Part shown: positions 17,382 to 25,155 of the stretch, piece after piece
Layout: the number at the start of each line of letters is the position of its first letter
Numbering within the stretch: position 1 is the first letter of the stretch
Assembly (NCBI GenBank): GCA_964518135.1
Contig: CAZFEY010000004.1
Location: 1 to 33,389, forward strand
Direction of reading: 5' to 3'
Origin: an uncultured Candidatus Saccharibacteria bacterium
Lineage (GTDB): Bacteria > Patescibacteriota > Minisyncoccia > Minisyncoccales > 2-12-FULL-40-12
DNA length: 33,389 nt
Notes under the pieces: generated by a model
What the model was told of the DNA's origin: nothing
Seen by the model: only the letters and a program-made list of their open reading frames with translations
Databases searched by the model: none
Made by a program: the position numbers and the translations under genes

Positions 17382-17423
17382 TTCTATTTTCTACTTTCTA
17401 CTTTCTAAATTCTAACTTCTATT
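17382..17423. repeat. Six-unit heptamer tandem repeat (TTCTAnn)
   Basis: TTCTATT TTCTACT TTCTACT TTCTAAA TTCTAAC TTCTATT just beyond the stop of the 539-aa gene. Confidence 0.8.
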
Positions 17424-17425
17424 CC

Positions 17426-19045
17426 CTAGAATGGCGATATCTCTCTCCATTTAGGCAATGGCAAGCCGCCACCCGTCAGGGATTTAGTAAAACGACAACT
17501 GTAAAGACCGCTTTGGCCATTATCTTCTCCGACCCTCAAAGTAACATTTTGAGGCGAGACAAGAGCACCCACAGAAAATTTACCATAAGGATTCTTTGCT
17601 GTACTACCAGATCCAAAACCATATTGAAAATCATTGGCCGGATCGGGAATAAGCCATGACCAAATAGAGCATAAAGCACCATCTCCATTACCGCTAAGGT
17701 CATTGTAGCATTTGGTTACTTTGGTTGGATCGATCGGACAAGATTCGTTATAAGAATAATCTTCAGGTCCTGGGCCAACAGGCGGATTATCGATATTTAT
17801 ATTTATAACTTCTTGAACTGAACAAAATTGGACTACTTGACTTTCCACAACAGGATCTGGATCCCAATGAAAATCTACCGAAGGATAAGGGAATCTTGGA
17901 GTTCTAAAGCGCGTGCCCAATAAAGACCCTGCATCTATCAATTCGCCTCCTCCAAGACAAGTAGGCAAGCTCCATTCAGACTTATTCCCATCACCATCCC
18001 AGACTTCGACTCTCCAGCAATATTCGGCGTTATAACTTAATTCGTTCGCTCCTGGTGCGGTTTTAACATTAACGTTCGAGAAAGATGACGAATTGCCCGG
18101 TAAAGAAGTAATATCGACAGTTGAAGGAGAATTATCTGGATCTATCGAAACATCATATACCTGTAAATGATATTGATTCTGCGCACCACCAGAGCCAGGA
18201 GTATAAGTCCAATTAAATCTGGCATTCCCTGTTGGTGATTGAGCACAGAAATCTCCAGTTACCCCATTAGCAACAACTGTTGGTGGCGTACTAACGGTTG
18301 CTCCAAGATTGGTATATACGCCATAATCATTACCATCTTGTGTAATACCGCTAAATTTAATCCACCCTACAACTGCTTCGCTCAAAGAATCGTCCCCACC
18401 CCAAGCATAACCCCTAAAGCTCGCAGGGGTTGTAGCTGTGTCAATATAAACACCGTAATTATTACCGTCTTGGGTAGTGCCTCTAAATTTAATCCAACCA
18501 TCCCAACCGCCGAGCGTCTGCCCTTCAGGATTAACTGCGCGGTAAGCCCTTGCCCAGCCAGCAACTTCATAATCATTAAGGTCTTCGCATGGTTGCCCAC
18601 TTGCGCTTGGCAAATCTACACAAACCGAATAATTTGGCCCGGCTGGATACGGACCGCTTGGATTAAATTGAATCCAGCCAACACCCGTAGGATTGCCGCT
18701 AGCGTCAGGCCCTGTTGATGCCCATGCATATCCAGAAAACATTCCCGTATTAGTGTCTATACGAACACCGTATTTCGTTGGCTTACAATCGGTCAAAGAT
18801 TCGGGGGGACCAGGATTATGAATACGGCAATTATTGAAATTTATCCACCCAATCATAGAATCGGCTACATTATCACCATTATCATCTTCTCCCGACCAAG
18901 CAAAACCCCATACGTTATGCTCGTTAATAGGCCCGGCCTCAACCTTATTGGACGTTCTTTCATTGAAAAAGATAAAAATCGATAAAATAATTATACCGAC
19001 TATAGCTATCGAGAAAATTTTTCTGGGAAATTTATTGAAGATCAT
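17426..19045 (-). CDS. Secreted/surface protein with G[FYW]A[WR]...GWI.F repeats and FN3/Ig-like C-terminal domains
   Basis: N-terminal signal/TM; four repeats of the motif; FN3-like YCWRVEVWDGDGNKSEWS; many Cys; ends PKWREISPF. Confidence 0.8.
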   Translation of the reverse strand: MIFNKFPRKIFSIAIVGIIILSIFIFFNERTSNKVEAGPINEHNVWGFAWSGEDDNGDNVADSMIGWINFNNCRIHNPGPPESLTDCKPTKYGVRIDTNTGMFSGYAWASTGPDASGNPTGVGWIQFNPSGPYPAGPNYSVCVDLPSASGQPCEDLNDYEVAGWARAYRAVNPEGQTLGGWDGWIKFRGTTQDGNNYGVYIDTATTPASFRGYAWGGDDSLSEAVVGWIKFSGITQDGNDYGVYTNLGATVSTPPTVVANGVTGDFCAQSPTGNARFNWTYTPGSGGAQNQYHLQVYDVSIDPDNSPSTVDITSLPGNSSSFSNVNVKTAPGANELSYNAEYCWRVEVWDGDGNKSEWSLPTCLGGGELIDAGSLLGTRFRTPRFPYPSVDFHWDPDPVVESQVVQFCSVQEVININIDNPPVGPGPEDYSYNESCPIDPTKVTKCYNDLSGNGDGALCSIWSWLIPDPANDFQYGFGSGSTAKNPYGKFSVGALVSPQNVTLRVGEDNGQSGLYSCRFTKSLTGGGLPLPKWREISPF

Positions 19046-19088
19046 ACTAATAAATCCATTATAACAAAAATTGTGTCAATGGGTAATA

Positions 19089-19709
19089 TTAAAACGCGGC
19101 AAAACCCGTAATGGCTTTGAAAATAAAGTTGGTTGCTAAAATTATCCAATCAAAGAAAAGAAATAATACAACGAAGAAGATAACGAAGCTGTAGCGCGAA
19201 AGAAAATGTTTCGCATCGTTCATTGTGTCCGGCAGAACCGCAAAAAGAACATGCGAACCGTCTAATGGCGGTATGGGCACCAAATTAAAAACCGCCAGAA
19301 TAATATTTATAAAAACAATATAGGTCAATATAAAAAATAGGCTTGGGTTAAAAAAATTATCTGGCAAAAATCGCAAAATCAATCCAAACACTAAGGCCAA
19401 AGACAAATTAGATGCTGGGCCGGCCAATGCTACTTTTGCATAACCATATTTTTGGTCTCGCAGATTAAAAGGATTAACCGGCACTGGCTTTGCCCAACCA
19501 AACACAATTCCCGCATCGACCAGCACCAAAAACAAAGGCAGAAGAATCGACCCGAATAAATCTAAGTGTGGAATAGGATTTAGAGTAAGGCGGCCAAGGT
19601 TCTTAGCCGTAGAATCCCCGAGATGGTTTGCGATTACGCCATGAGAAACCTCATGCAAGACAACCGAGAACAGCAAAACCAAAATTATAAATACAAAACT
19701 AAAATCCAT
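19089..19709 (-). CDS. Site-2 protease (peptidase M50)
   Basis: HEVSH, GRLTLNP, GWAKPVP and FNLVPIPPLDGSH motifs. Confidence 0.94.
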   Translation of the reverse strand: MDFSFVFIILVLLFSVVLHEVSHGVIANHLGDSTAKNLGRLTLNPIPHLDLFGSILLPLFLVLVDAGIVFGWAKPVPVNPFNLRDQKYGYAKVALAGPASNLSLALVFGLILRFLPDNFFNPSLFFILTYIVFINIILAVFNLVPIPPLDGSHVLFAVLPDTMNDAKHFLSRYSFVIFFVVLFLFFDWIILATNFIFKAITGFAAF

Positions 19710-19737
19710 GATTTTATTGTCTTAGTATAATACATTC

Positions 19738-19766
19738 TTGAAAAAAAACGAAATTCCTGTTAAAGT
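19738..19766 (+). promoter_or_regulatory. Promoter upstream of the structured RNA, rpmB and pepA
   Basis: TTGAAA (19738-19743), 17 nt ending TGT, TAAAGT (19761-19766). Confidence 0.55.
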
Positions 19767-19800
19767 GTTATGGTAGTCGCAATTGAACAACTTACAAATC

Positions 19801-19957
19801 GAAGTTGTGATAATTCAGAAAGCACGTCGTCGGCTTAATTATCTTCTTGACGAAACATTCCAGCCGCGACTATTACTCCCCAGCAACAAATGTTTGGTGG
19901 AGTAAAATCTAACTTAGGCGGCTGGGTCCGTAATGCTTTCCTCGTCATCTCAACTTC
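19801..19957 (+). ncRNA. Unassigned structured RNA / leader upstream of rpmB
   Basis: Nested helices GAAGTTG/CAACTTC, GAAAGCA/TGCTTTC, TCGTCGG/TTGACGA, CCAGCCGC/GCGGCTGG and TTACTCC/GGAGTAA. Confidence 0.6.
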
Positions 19958-19973
19958 TAAATCGTTTATCATT

Positions 19974-20177
19974 ATGAGACAGTGCGCTATTTGTGGTAAA
20001 ACTTCGCAGGTGGTATGGCGAAGATCCAGGCTAAGGGCTGGGAAATATAACCCTACCGTCAAAAGGAGACAACATCCCAATCTCCAATGGGTCAAGTTAA
20101 AGACGAGCGAAAGAGTGAAGGCTTGTGCCCAATGTATTAAAAAAATACACAACAAAACAAAGTTGAAAGCTCAATAA
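19974..20177 (+). CDS. rpmB: 50S ribosomal protein L28 (Zn-ribbon type)
   Basis: MRQCAICGK...KRRQHPNLQW...KACAQCIK; true start at ATG 19974. Confidence 0.9.
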   Translation: MRQCAICGKTSQVVWRRSRLRAGKYNPTVKRRQHPNLQWVKLKTSERVKACAQCIKKIHNKTKLKAQ

Positions 20178-20180
20178 TTT

Positions 20181-21719
20181 ATGCAGATCAACTGCGTTTC
20201 AACAAAAGATATCAAAGCCGAAGGATTATTCTTTGGATTTTTCAAGGAGGATAAAATAGAGAAAGATGGTCTTTTCATGGATCTTCCTTCTGATATTAAA
20301 AAGCTGATATTGCAATTCTCTAAAGACGAATTCAAAAAAGAGGAAGGAGAAATAAAATCTCTCTGGCTATCCAGCAAAAACCCTTCAAAAGTGGTTCTAT
20401 TTGGCTTGGGAGACAAGGCAAAATGGAATGAAAGAAAAATTCATTTAATCCCCCGCTTATTCATACAATACGCCAAAAACAATAAGATAGAATCGTTTAC
20501 AACTTGTTTGGATAAAGATTTTGGAAGCAGCACAAAAGAAGCTGCTAAGAATTTTACAATCAATACCTTATTGGCAGATTTCGAATTTAATAAATATAAG
20601 GAAGAACCAAAAGGAGGATGGTCAAAAATCAAAAATGTAAATCTTGTCTCCAAACAATCAATTTCGGAAATACAAGCCGGTATAAAAGAAGGGATCATCA
20701 TCGGGGAGGAGACAAATCTTTGCAGAAATCTATCTAATACGCCAGGTGGAGACATGACGCCAGCTAGGCTCGCCGAAGCAGCAGCAAAGGCGGCAAAAAC
20801 TAACGGGTTTCACATAAAAACATTGAGACAAAAGGAAATGCGAAAATTAGGAATGGGAGGAATTTTAGGAGTTGCTAAAGGATCTCTGGAAAAACCTTAT
20901 TTTATCGTCATCGAATACAAGGGCATACCAAAAAAAGACCGCATCTTGAGGAGAGATTCGCTACGCGAATTGCGAAAACCACTTGTCTTGGTTGGCAAGG
21001 GAGTGACCTTTGATACTGGCGGTTTAAATTTGAAATCTGAACAAGGAATCTACGAAATGCATATGGATATGTCTGGAGGATCGGCGGTTATCCATGGAAT
21101 AGCGGCCATTGCCAGACTAAAACTTCCCATTAATGCGATAGGATTAATTCCGGCTGTTGAAAATATGCCTTCTGGTTCAAGTTATCACCCCGGCGATATA
21201 CTTAAAACGATGTCTGGCAAAACAATAGAGGTAATCAATACTGATGCCGAAGGCAGAATTATTTTGGCTGATGCGCTTTATTATGGAGCCAAAAAATACA
21301 ACCCCGGACTCATGGTTGATTTTGCAACTTTAACCGGAGCAGCTTTGGTTGCTTTAGGAAATTATTGCTCTGCCATATTCACCAATCAAAACAAGATACA
21401 AGATAAGCTTATTGATATTGGCGACAAGTGCGGAGATTATGTCTGGCCGTTGCCTCTCTGGGACGAATATTTATTGGATATAAAAGGAACTCTTGGAGAT
21501 GTTGCTAATCTTGGTAAAACCGGAAGAGCCGGGGGGGCTATTCATGGCGCTAAATTCTTAGAACAATTCATTGATAACGCTCCTTGGGCCCACATTGACA
21601 TTGCCCCAAGAATGACCACAGCCGAGGGAGAGTTTTTGGCGAAAGGTGCTGCCGGCACCGGAGTCCGCTATATCGTAGAACTTGCCAAGGAATATCCACA
21701 AATAATTAAAAAATTGTAA
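20181..21719 (+). CDS. pepA: Leucyl aminopeptidase (M17)
   Basis: VGKGVTFDTGG, MHMDMSGG, ENMPSG, NTDAEGRIILAD and ATLTGA motifs. Confidence 0.96.
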   Translation: MQINCVSTKDIKAEGLFFGFFKEDKIEKDGLFMDLPSDIKKLILQFSKDEFKKEEGEIKSLWLSSKNPSKVVLFGLGDKAKWNERKIHLIPRLFIQYAKNNKIESFTTCLDKDFGSSTKEAAKNFTINTLLADFEFNKYKEEPKGGWSKIKNVNLVSKQSISEIQAGIKEGIIIGEETNLCRNLSNTPGGDMTPARLAEAAAKAAKTNGFHIKTLRQKEMRKLGMGGILGVAKGSLEKPYFIVIEYKGIPKKDRILRRDSLRELRKPLVLVGKGVTFDTGGLNLKSEQGIYEMHMDMSGGSAVIHGIAAIARLKLPINAIGLIPAVENMPSGSSYHPGDILKTMSGKTIEVINTDAEGRIILADALYYGAKKYNPGLMVDFATLTGAALVALGNYCSAIFTNQNKIQDKLIDIGDKCGDYVWPLPLWDEYLLDIKGTLGDVANLGKTGRAGGAIHGAKFLEQFIDNAPWAHIDIAPRMTTAEGEFLAKGAAGTGVRYIVELAKEYPQIIKKL

Positions 21720-21735
21720 TTTTGTAAAAAATAAA

Positions 21736-21807
21736 CGGGCCATAGTGTAGCGGTAACATGCACCCTTGGGGTGGGTGTGACGGTGGGTTCAACTCCCACT
21801 GGCCCGA
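21736..21807 (+). tRNA. tRNA-Pro(GGG)
   Basis: Acceptor CGGGCCA/TGGCCCG, anticodon arm CACCC-TTGGGGT-GGGTG, T-arm GTGGG-TTCAACT-CCCAC; CCA not encoded. Confidence 0.95.
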
Positions 21808-21843
21808 CAAAAAGCAAATAAGAACTCCCGTCATCCCGACAAC

Positions 21844-21875
21844 AAAAATCCCCGAGCTATTGCTTAGGGATATTA
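21844..21875. terminator. Probable terminator between tRNA-Pro and the convergent dipeptidase gene
   Basis: AAAAATCCCCGAGC-TATT-GCTTAGGGAT imperfect hairpin. Confidence 0.5.
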
Positions 21876-21892
21876 TTCCAAGGATTTTGGCT

Positions 21893-22864
21893 TTAAAGAT
21901 TTTCTAGGAAAAATCTGCGAAGATTCTTCCCGCAAACCTTTTCAGCGATTGCAACAGAATACCTCTCTGAGATTGCCTCAAAAAGATATTCCATCCTCTT
22001 GGGAGAATTTAAGACCATTGGCTGATCTGGGAATCTCGCTCCCATCTCGCCGGCAGGATCCAACTTGTCTTTCATGAACCCAAACTGCTTTGCAGCAACT
22101 TCGGGATCCTGATAGACATAAACTCCGTCAGAACCAACCGCGACCGCGTTTTCGCCACACACACCGATCAGATGATCGAGGTGCTGAAAGAAGGGCTCAA
22201 TAGAATCATCCTCCGGATGGAGAGCGAAAGTAAGAGTATAGAGTCCTACTACTCCGCCCTTATCTACGATACCCCTCAACAGATCGTCGGGCAAATTTCG
22301 CAATCCTGCGGTAGGATGCGGATTCGGATAATGACGATACACATCATAGCATCCGGTATGAGAAACAAACACGCCTCTCCTTGCGACTTTCAACGCCGAT
22401 CGCACCGTCAAATGACTAGCATGCGACAGATCGACAATTATCTTGTTCTGTAAACAGAACAAGATAAATTCCCTACCAGTAGGCGAAAGATCTCTTTCGG
22501 GTTCCAGGAACCCCCCTCCGTAGGGAGAATTTTCCTGATACGCGAGCTGCATGATTCGCACGCCCGCATCGTAGAGACGTCTGATCGAAGCCTCACCGCC
22601 ATCGTATGGTGGCGATTGAAGTCCAAATATGACTCCTGTCCCCTCGTCACGGTTGAGATCTGCTGATCTCAACACGGGATAAAGCTGATCCTGGCTCAAA
22701 ATACACTCCTTAAAGCTATTGTGAGCTTTAAGGATATCCTCTGTGGTTTTGCACCATGGAGGAGCAGATGTGACATGAGCGAGATCCAGCTTTAGTCCTG
22801 CATCGGCTACGGGCGGTTTGCCCTGTAGGTTCAGGAAACCCAAACTATCAGCTAAGAAATGCAT
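21893..22864 (-). CDS. Membrane dipeptidase family (peptidase M19, amidohydrolase fold)
   Basis: GVRIMQLAY, IIVDLSHAS, VSHTG, RNLPD...GGVVG and VAVGSD motifs; first metal motif appears degenerate. Confidence 0.82.
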   Translation of the reverse strand: MHFLADSLGFLNLQGKPPVADAGLKLDLAHVTSAPPWCKTTEDILKAHNSFKECILSQDQLYPVLRSADLNRDEGTGVIFGLQSPPYDGGEASIRRLYDAGVRIMQLAYQENSPYGGGFLEPERDLSPTGREFILFCLQNKIIVDLSHASHLTVRSALKVARRGVFVSHTGCYDVYRHYPNPHPTAGLRNLPDDLLRGIVDKGGVVGLYTLTFALHPEDDSIEPFFQHLDHLIGVCGENAVAVGSDGVYVYQDPEVAAKQFGFMKDKLDPAGEMGARFPDQPMVLNSPKRMEYLFEAISERYSVAIAEKVCGKNLRRFFLENL

Positions 22865-22912
22865 TACGGACCTCCTTTTTCTGTTTTTTTTGTAATATTG
22901 GTCCTTATTTAA

Positions 22913-22960
22913 ATTTTAAGAGCATATATTAATTATAGCAAAGTATTGAGTTATTGTCAA
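22913..22960 (-). promoter_or_regulatory. Consensus sigma70 promoter plus boxA-like motif for the dipeptidase gene
   Basis: TTGACA (22960-22955), 17 nt ending TGC, TATAAT (22937-22932), then TGCTCTTAAAAT (22924-22913); SD AAAGGAGGT. Confidence 0.75.
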
Positions 22961-23063
22961 TAGAAATATAGTCATCCAAATTTAGGATATCCCGACAAAA
23001 TAATTTACGCCATCAAAAACAAAAGGCCGGACTATAATGCCCGGCGAGAGCGTAGAATTACGA

Positions 23064-23417
23064 TTACGTTCCCTTTTTCATTAGCGACCTCTCTATTTTA
23101 ATAATGATGTCTTCTTCTGTTAATTTGGTGTTGCTTACTGGATCGTATTTAAGATAACCCGCAGCCATCATCAAAAGAACAGAATCGATATCGAGAGCCG
23201 TCGCTAGCTTGAGTATAATTCTTGGCAATGGAGGGTTACGACGACCGTTTTCAATACGGCTTAAATAACCCGCATCGACCTTAGCGCTAAAAGCAAGATC
23301 CCTTTGAGACTTGCCCCTTATAAGACGCGCCTTTTTCAAGATGCGCCCGAAGAATTTTTTCCTTCTCTCTTCTTCTTCTTGACCTTCCGCTTCGAAATGA
23401 CTCTTGTTCATGTTCAT
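23064..23417 (-). CDS. XRE/Cro-family HTH transcriptional regulator
   Basis: FGRILKKARLIRGKSQRDLAFSAKVDAGYLSRIENGRRNPP; start placed at ATG 23417 behind AAGGAG. Confidence 0.88.
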   Translation of the reverse strand: MNMNKSHFEAEGQEEEERRKKFFGRILKKARLIRGKSQRDLAFSAKVDAGYLSRIENGRRNPPLPRIILKLATALDIDSVLLMMAAGYLKYDPVSNTKLTEEDIIIKIERSLMKKGT

Positions 23418-23638
23418 AGCGAAAGCTCCTTTGTAGAAACAAGATACCACAAGAAACCAAAGAAAACAATAATACCACCCTAAAAATGATAAGCAGCATG
23501 ACTGATGCCATGCTGCTCTTTAAGAGGAGGAAAGGGGGTTCTATTTAAAAAAACTATACACAACAATCTCTGTAATCCCCTAATCAAATTTCTAAATACA
23601 GCTTACACCATTAGTACATATTTTCAATCAAGCCATCA

Positions 23639-23708
23639 AAAAACCCCGCCCTCTAAGCCCAGCTCCAATAAACACATAAAGACGTTTGGCATAGAGGGCG
23701 GGGTTTTT
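23639..23708. terminator. Long inverted repeat / terminator downstream of the 6S-like RNA
   Basis: 17-bp perfect IR AAAAACCCCGCCCTCTA / TAGAGGGCGGGGTTTTT around a 36-nt spacer. Confidence 0.7.
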
Positions 23709-23710
23709 GT

Positions 23711-23931
23711 AGCCCCGCTTCACTTCTAGAAAGTTCTTCTGGAAAAATTCCAGGTGGGCGCTTTAGCCTATCGCCACGGCGACAGAACATTTCAAGCTCC
23801 CAAAAAATTATTTTATCCCAGAATTAACTAGAAATAAGCAGGGCCCCGTTAGAAATTATCATATTCAAACAACAGATAACTTCTAATGAGGCACCGCCCA
23901 CTTGTGACAATACTTCTAACGGGGCAGGGCT
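23711..23931 (-). ncRNA. ssrS: Probable 6S RNA (compact, ~135 nt core) with an inserted element in its 5' stem
   Basis: Closing stem AGCCCTGCTT-ATTTCTAG / CTAGAAGT-G-AAGCGGGGCT; TTCTGG/CCAGAA; AU-rich central bubble; GGGAGCTT/AAGCGCCC followed by ACCTG as in Bacillota-type 6S RNAs; own promoter and terminator. Confidence 0.7.
23844..23924. mobile_element. MITE-like element, CCCCGTTAG family, copy D
   Basis: CCCCGTTAGAA...TTCTAACGGGG with CAGGG duplicated (23839-23843 and 23925-23929). Confidence 0.82.
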
Positions 23932-23937
23932 ATTTAT

Positions 23938-23967
23938 ATTTTATCATTCGCCAAGAAAACGAGTCAA
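23938..23967 (-). promoter_or_regulatory. Promoter of the 6S-like RNA
   Basis: TTGACT (23967-23962), 18 nt ending TGA, TAAAAT (23943-23938), 6 nt before the predicted 5' end. Confidence 0.65.
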
Positions 23968-24046
23968 CCCGGTAGTGAATTTTTAACTGGCGTTGCCAAA
24001 AACACGCCACCTTAGGTGGCGTGGCTGTCAAAAATCTACTACCGGG
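23968..24046. mobile_element. MITE-like element, CCCGGTAG family, copy 3
   Basis: CCCGGTAGTGAATTTTT...AAAAATCTACTACCGGG, internal hairpin CACGCCAC-CTTAG-GTGGCGTG; flanks TCAA/CAAG (imperfect). Confidence 0.8.
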
Positions 24047-24063
24047 CAAGCCCCATTCAAAAA

Positions 24064-25155
24064 CTATAAACCCAACGCGTCAGACACCTGTCTGATCAAA
24101 GATACTACCACAGGAGCTGGTAACAAACTGTAAGAATCTATACCGTCGTCATCCTGAATAACCCAAGGACTTTCTTTAACAATCACTTTCCCCTCTTTCT
24201 CTTCCCACTCATAATCATATTGCGGCGTAATTTCATAATCATTAATCGCTTCTTTGGCTTCTTTCACGGGTATGGTATTTCTTAAAAGTACTTTTGGAAT
24301 TCCGTAGAGAGAGAAAGCCATTTCGATTAATTTTTTATCCAACGCCAGTCTCTCTTTTATTGGTTCGGTTCCTAATTCGTCTCCTTCTTTTTGCACCAAT
24401 GCAATTTCTTTGTCTCCCTTCGAGAGATCTCGCGAAGCGAGACAGTCTGCGTTATCGCACATTAAATGAAATTCATTTTTAGCCTTGTCAAAGCTCACTT
24501 TAGAGGTTGGTAATAATCTTAGATTGCGCGATGTTTTACAGAGCGGACAAATCCTTCTGTATTTTATCCTGGCGTCAATTACAGAAGTCGGCACATCGAT
24601 TAAGACAAAAATATCTGGATCGTCTCTGAAACCTATCAAGTCTCTAAAAAACAAAGAATAAGATATCTGGTCCAGTTCGCGCGGAAAACCATCTATAAAA
24701 ACAGCTCTTTTCTCTCCTTGCGCCAACTCCCTTTTAGTAAGAGCCAATATCAATTCTGTGGGTAAAAGTTTTTGAGTGCTTCTACTTTCTAAAGATGAAA
24801 TGATTTCCTCGAGTGGATATCTTCCTCGATAATTCTTCTCCAAAAAACTTATCAATTCTTTTCTTTTATTCTCGTCTTTTAATTCCTCATCTATGCCACG
24901 TACCATATCTCCAACTGAAAAATGCTCCACTTTATCTGGAGCAACTATACTTGCGAACATCTTTGAGTATGTCCCTTTGCCAGAGTTCTTCTTACCCAAA
25001 AGATATATTACAAAACCCGATTCTTTTAAATACTCTCTAATTTTTTCTATTTCCGGACCGGCTTTAAATTGAAAATAATCTTTCAATACCTCGGGATCGA
25101 TCAGATCGAACTTTCCCCCACCATCCATTTTTGTTTTAAAAATAGGAAACTGCAT
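24064..25155 (-). CDS. Adenylate/nucleoside-monophosphate kinase-like protein (long form)
   Basis: P-loop GKKNSGKGT, HFSVGDMVR, FIDGFPR and LID-like RRICPLC; start taken at MQFPIF. Confidence 0.8.
   Translation of the reverse strand: MQFPIFKTKMDGGGKFDLIDPEVLKDYFQFKAGPEIEKIREYLKESGFVIYLLGKKNSGKGTYSKMFASIVAPDKVEHFSVGDMVRGIDEELKDENKRKELISFLEKNYRGRYPLEEIISSLESRSTQKLLPTELILALTKRELAQGEKRAVFIDGFPRELDQISYSLFFRDLIGFRDDPDIFVLIDVPTSVIDARIKYRRICPLCKTSRNLRLLPTSKVSFDKAKNEFHLMCDNADCLASRDLSKGDKEIALVQKEGDELGTEPIKERLALDKKLIEMAFSLYGIPKVLLRNTIPVKEAKEAINDYEITPQYDYEWEEKEGKVIVKESPWVIQDDDGIDSYSLLPAPVVVSLIRQVSDALGL

Noticed and set aside
19770-19838. 22-codon ORF MVVAIEQLTNRSCDNSESTSSA as a leader peptide
   Set aside because: Its ATG is only 3 nt after the predicted -10, so probably upstream of the TSS; no SD or telling codon runs.
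19835-20155. Minus-strand 106-aa ORF and the 19890 start for L28
   Set aside because: Antisense to rpmB; the extension runs through the structured RNA, and L28 homology begins at 19974.
23287-23729. 74-aa ORFs near the XRE gene and a plus-strand TGCTCTTTAAG boxA look-alike at ~23514
   Set aside because: The ORFs have no recognisable features and overlap the XRE gene or terminator; the motif is on the strand opposite the neighbouring genes with no promoter before it.
1812-24046. Repeat families as CRISPR repeats or integron attC sites
   Set aside because: Copies are dispersed, not regularly spaced with unique spacers. No cas or integron integrase gene is present, and the ends lack the RYYYAAC/GTTRRRY arrangement of attC sites.
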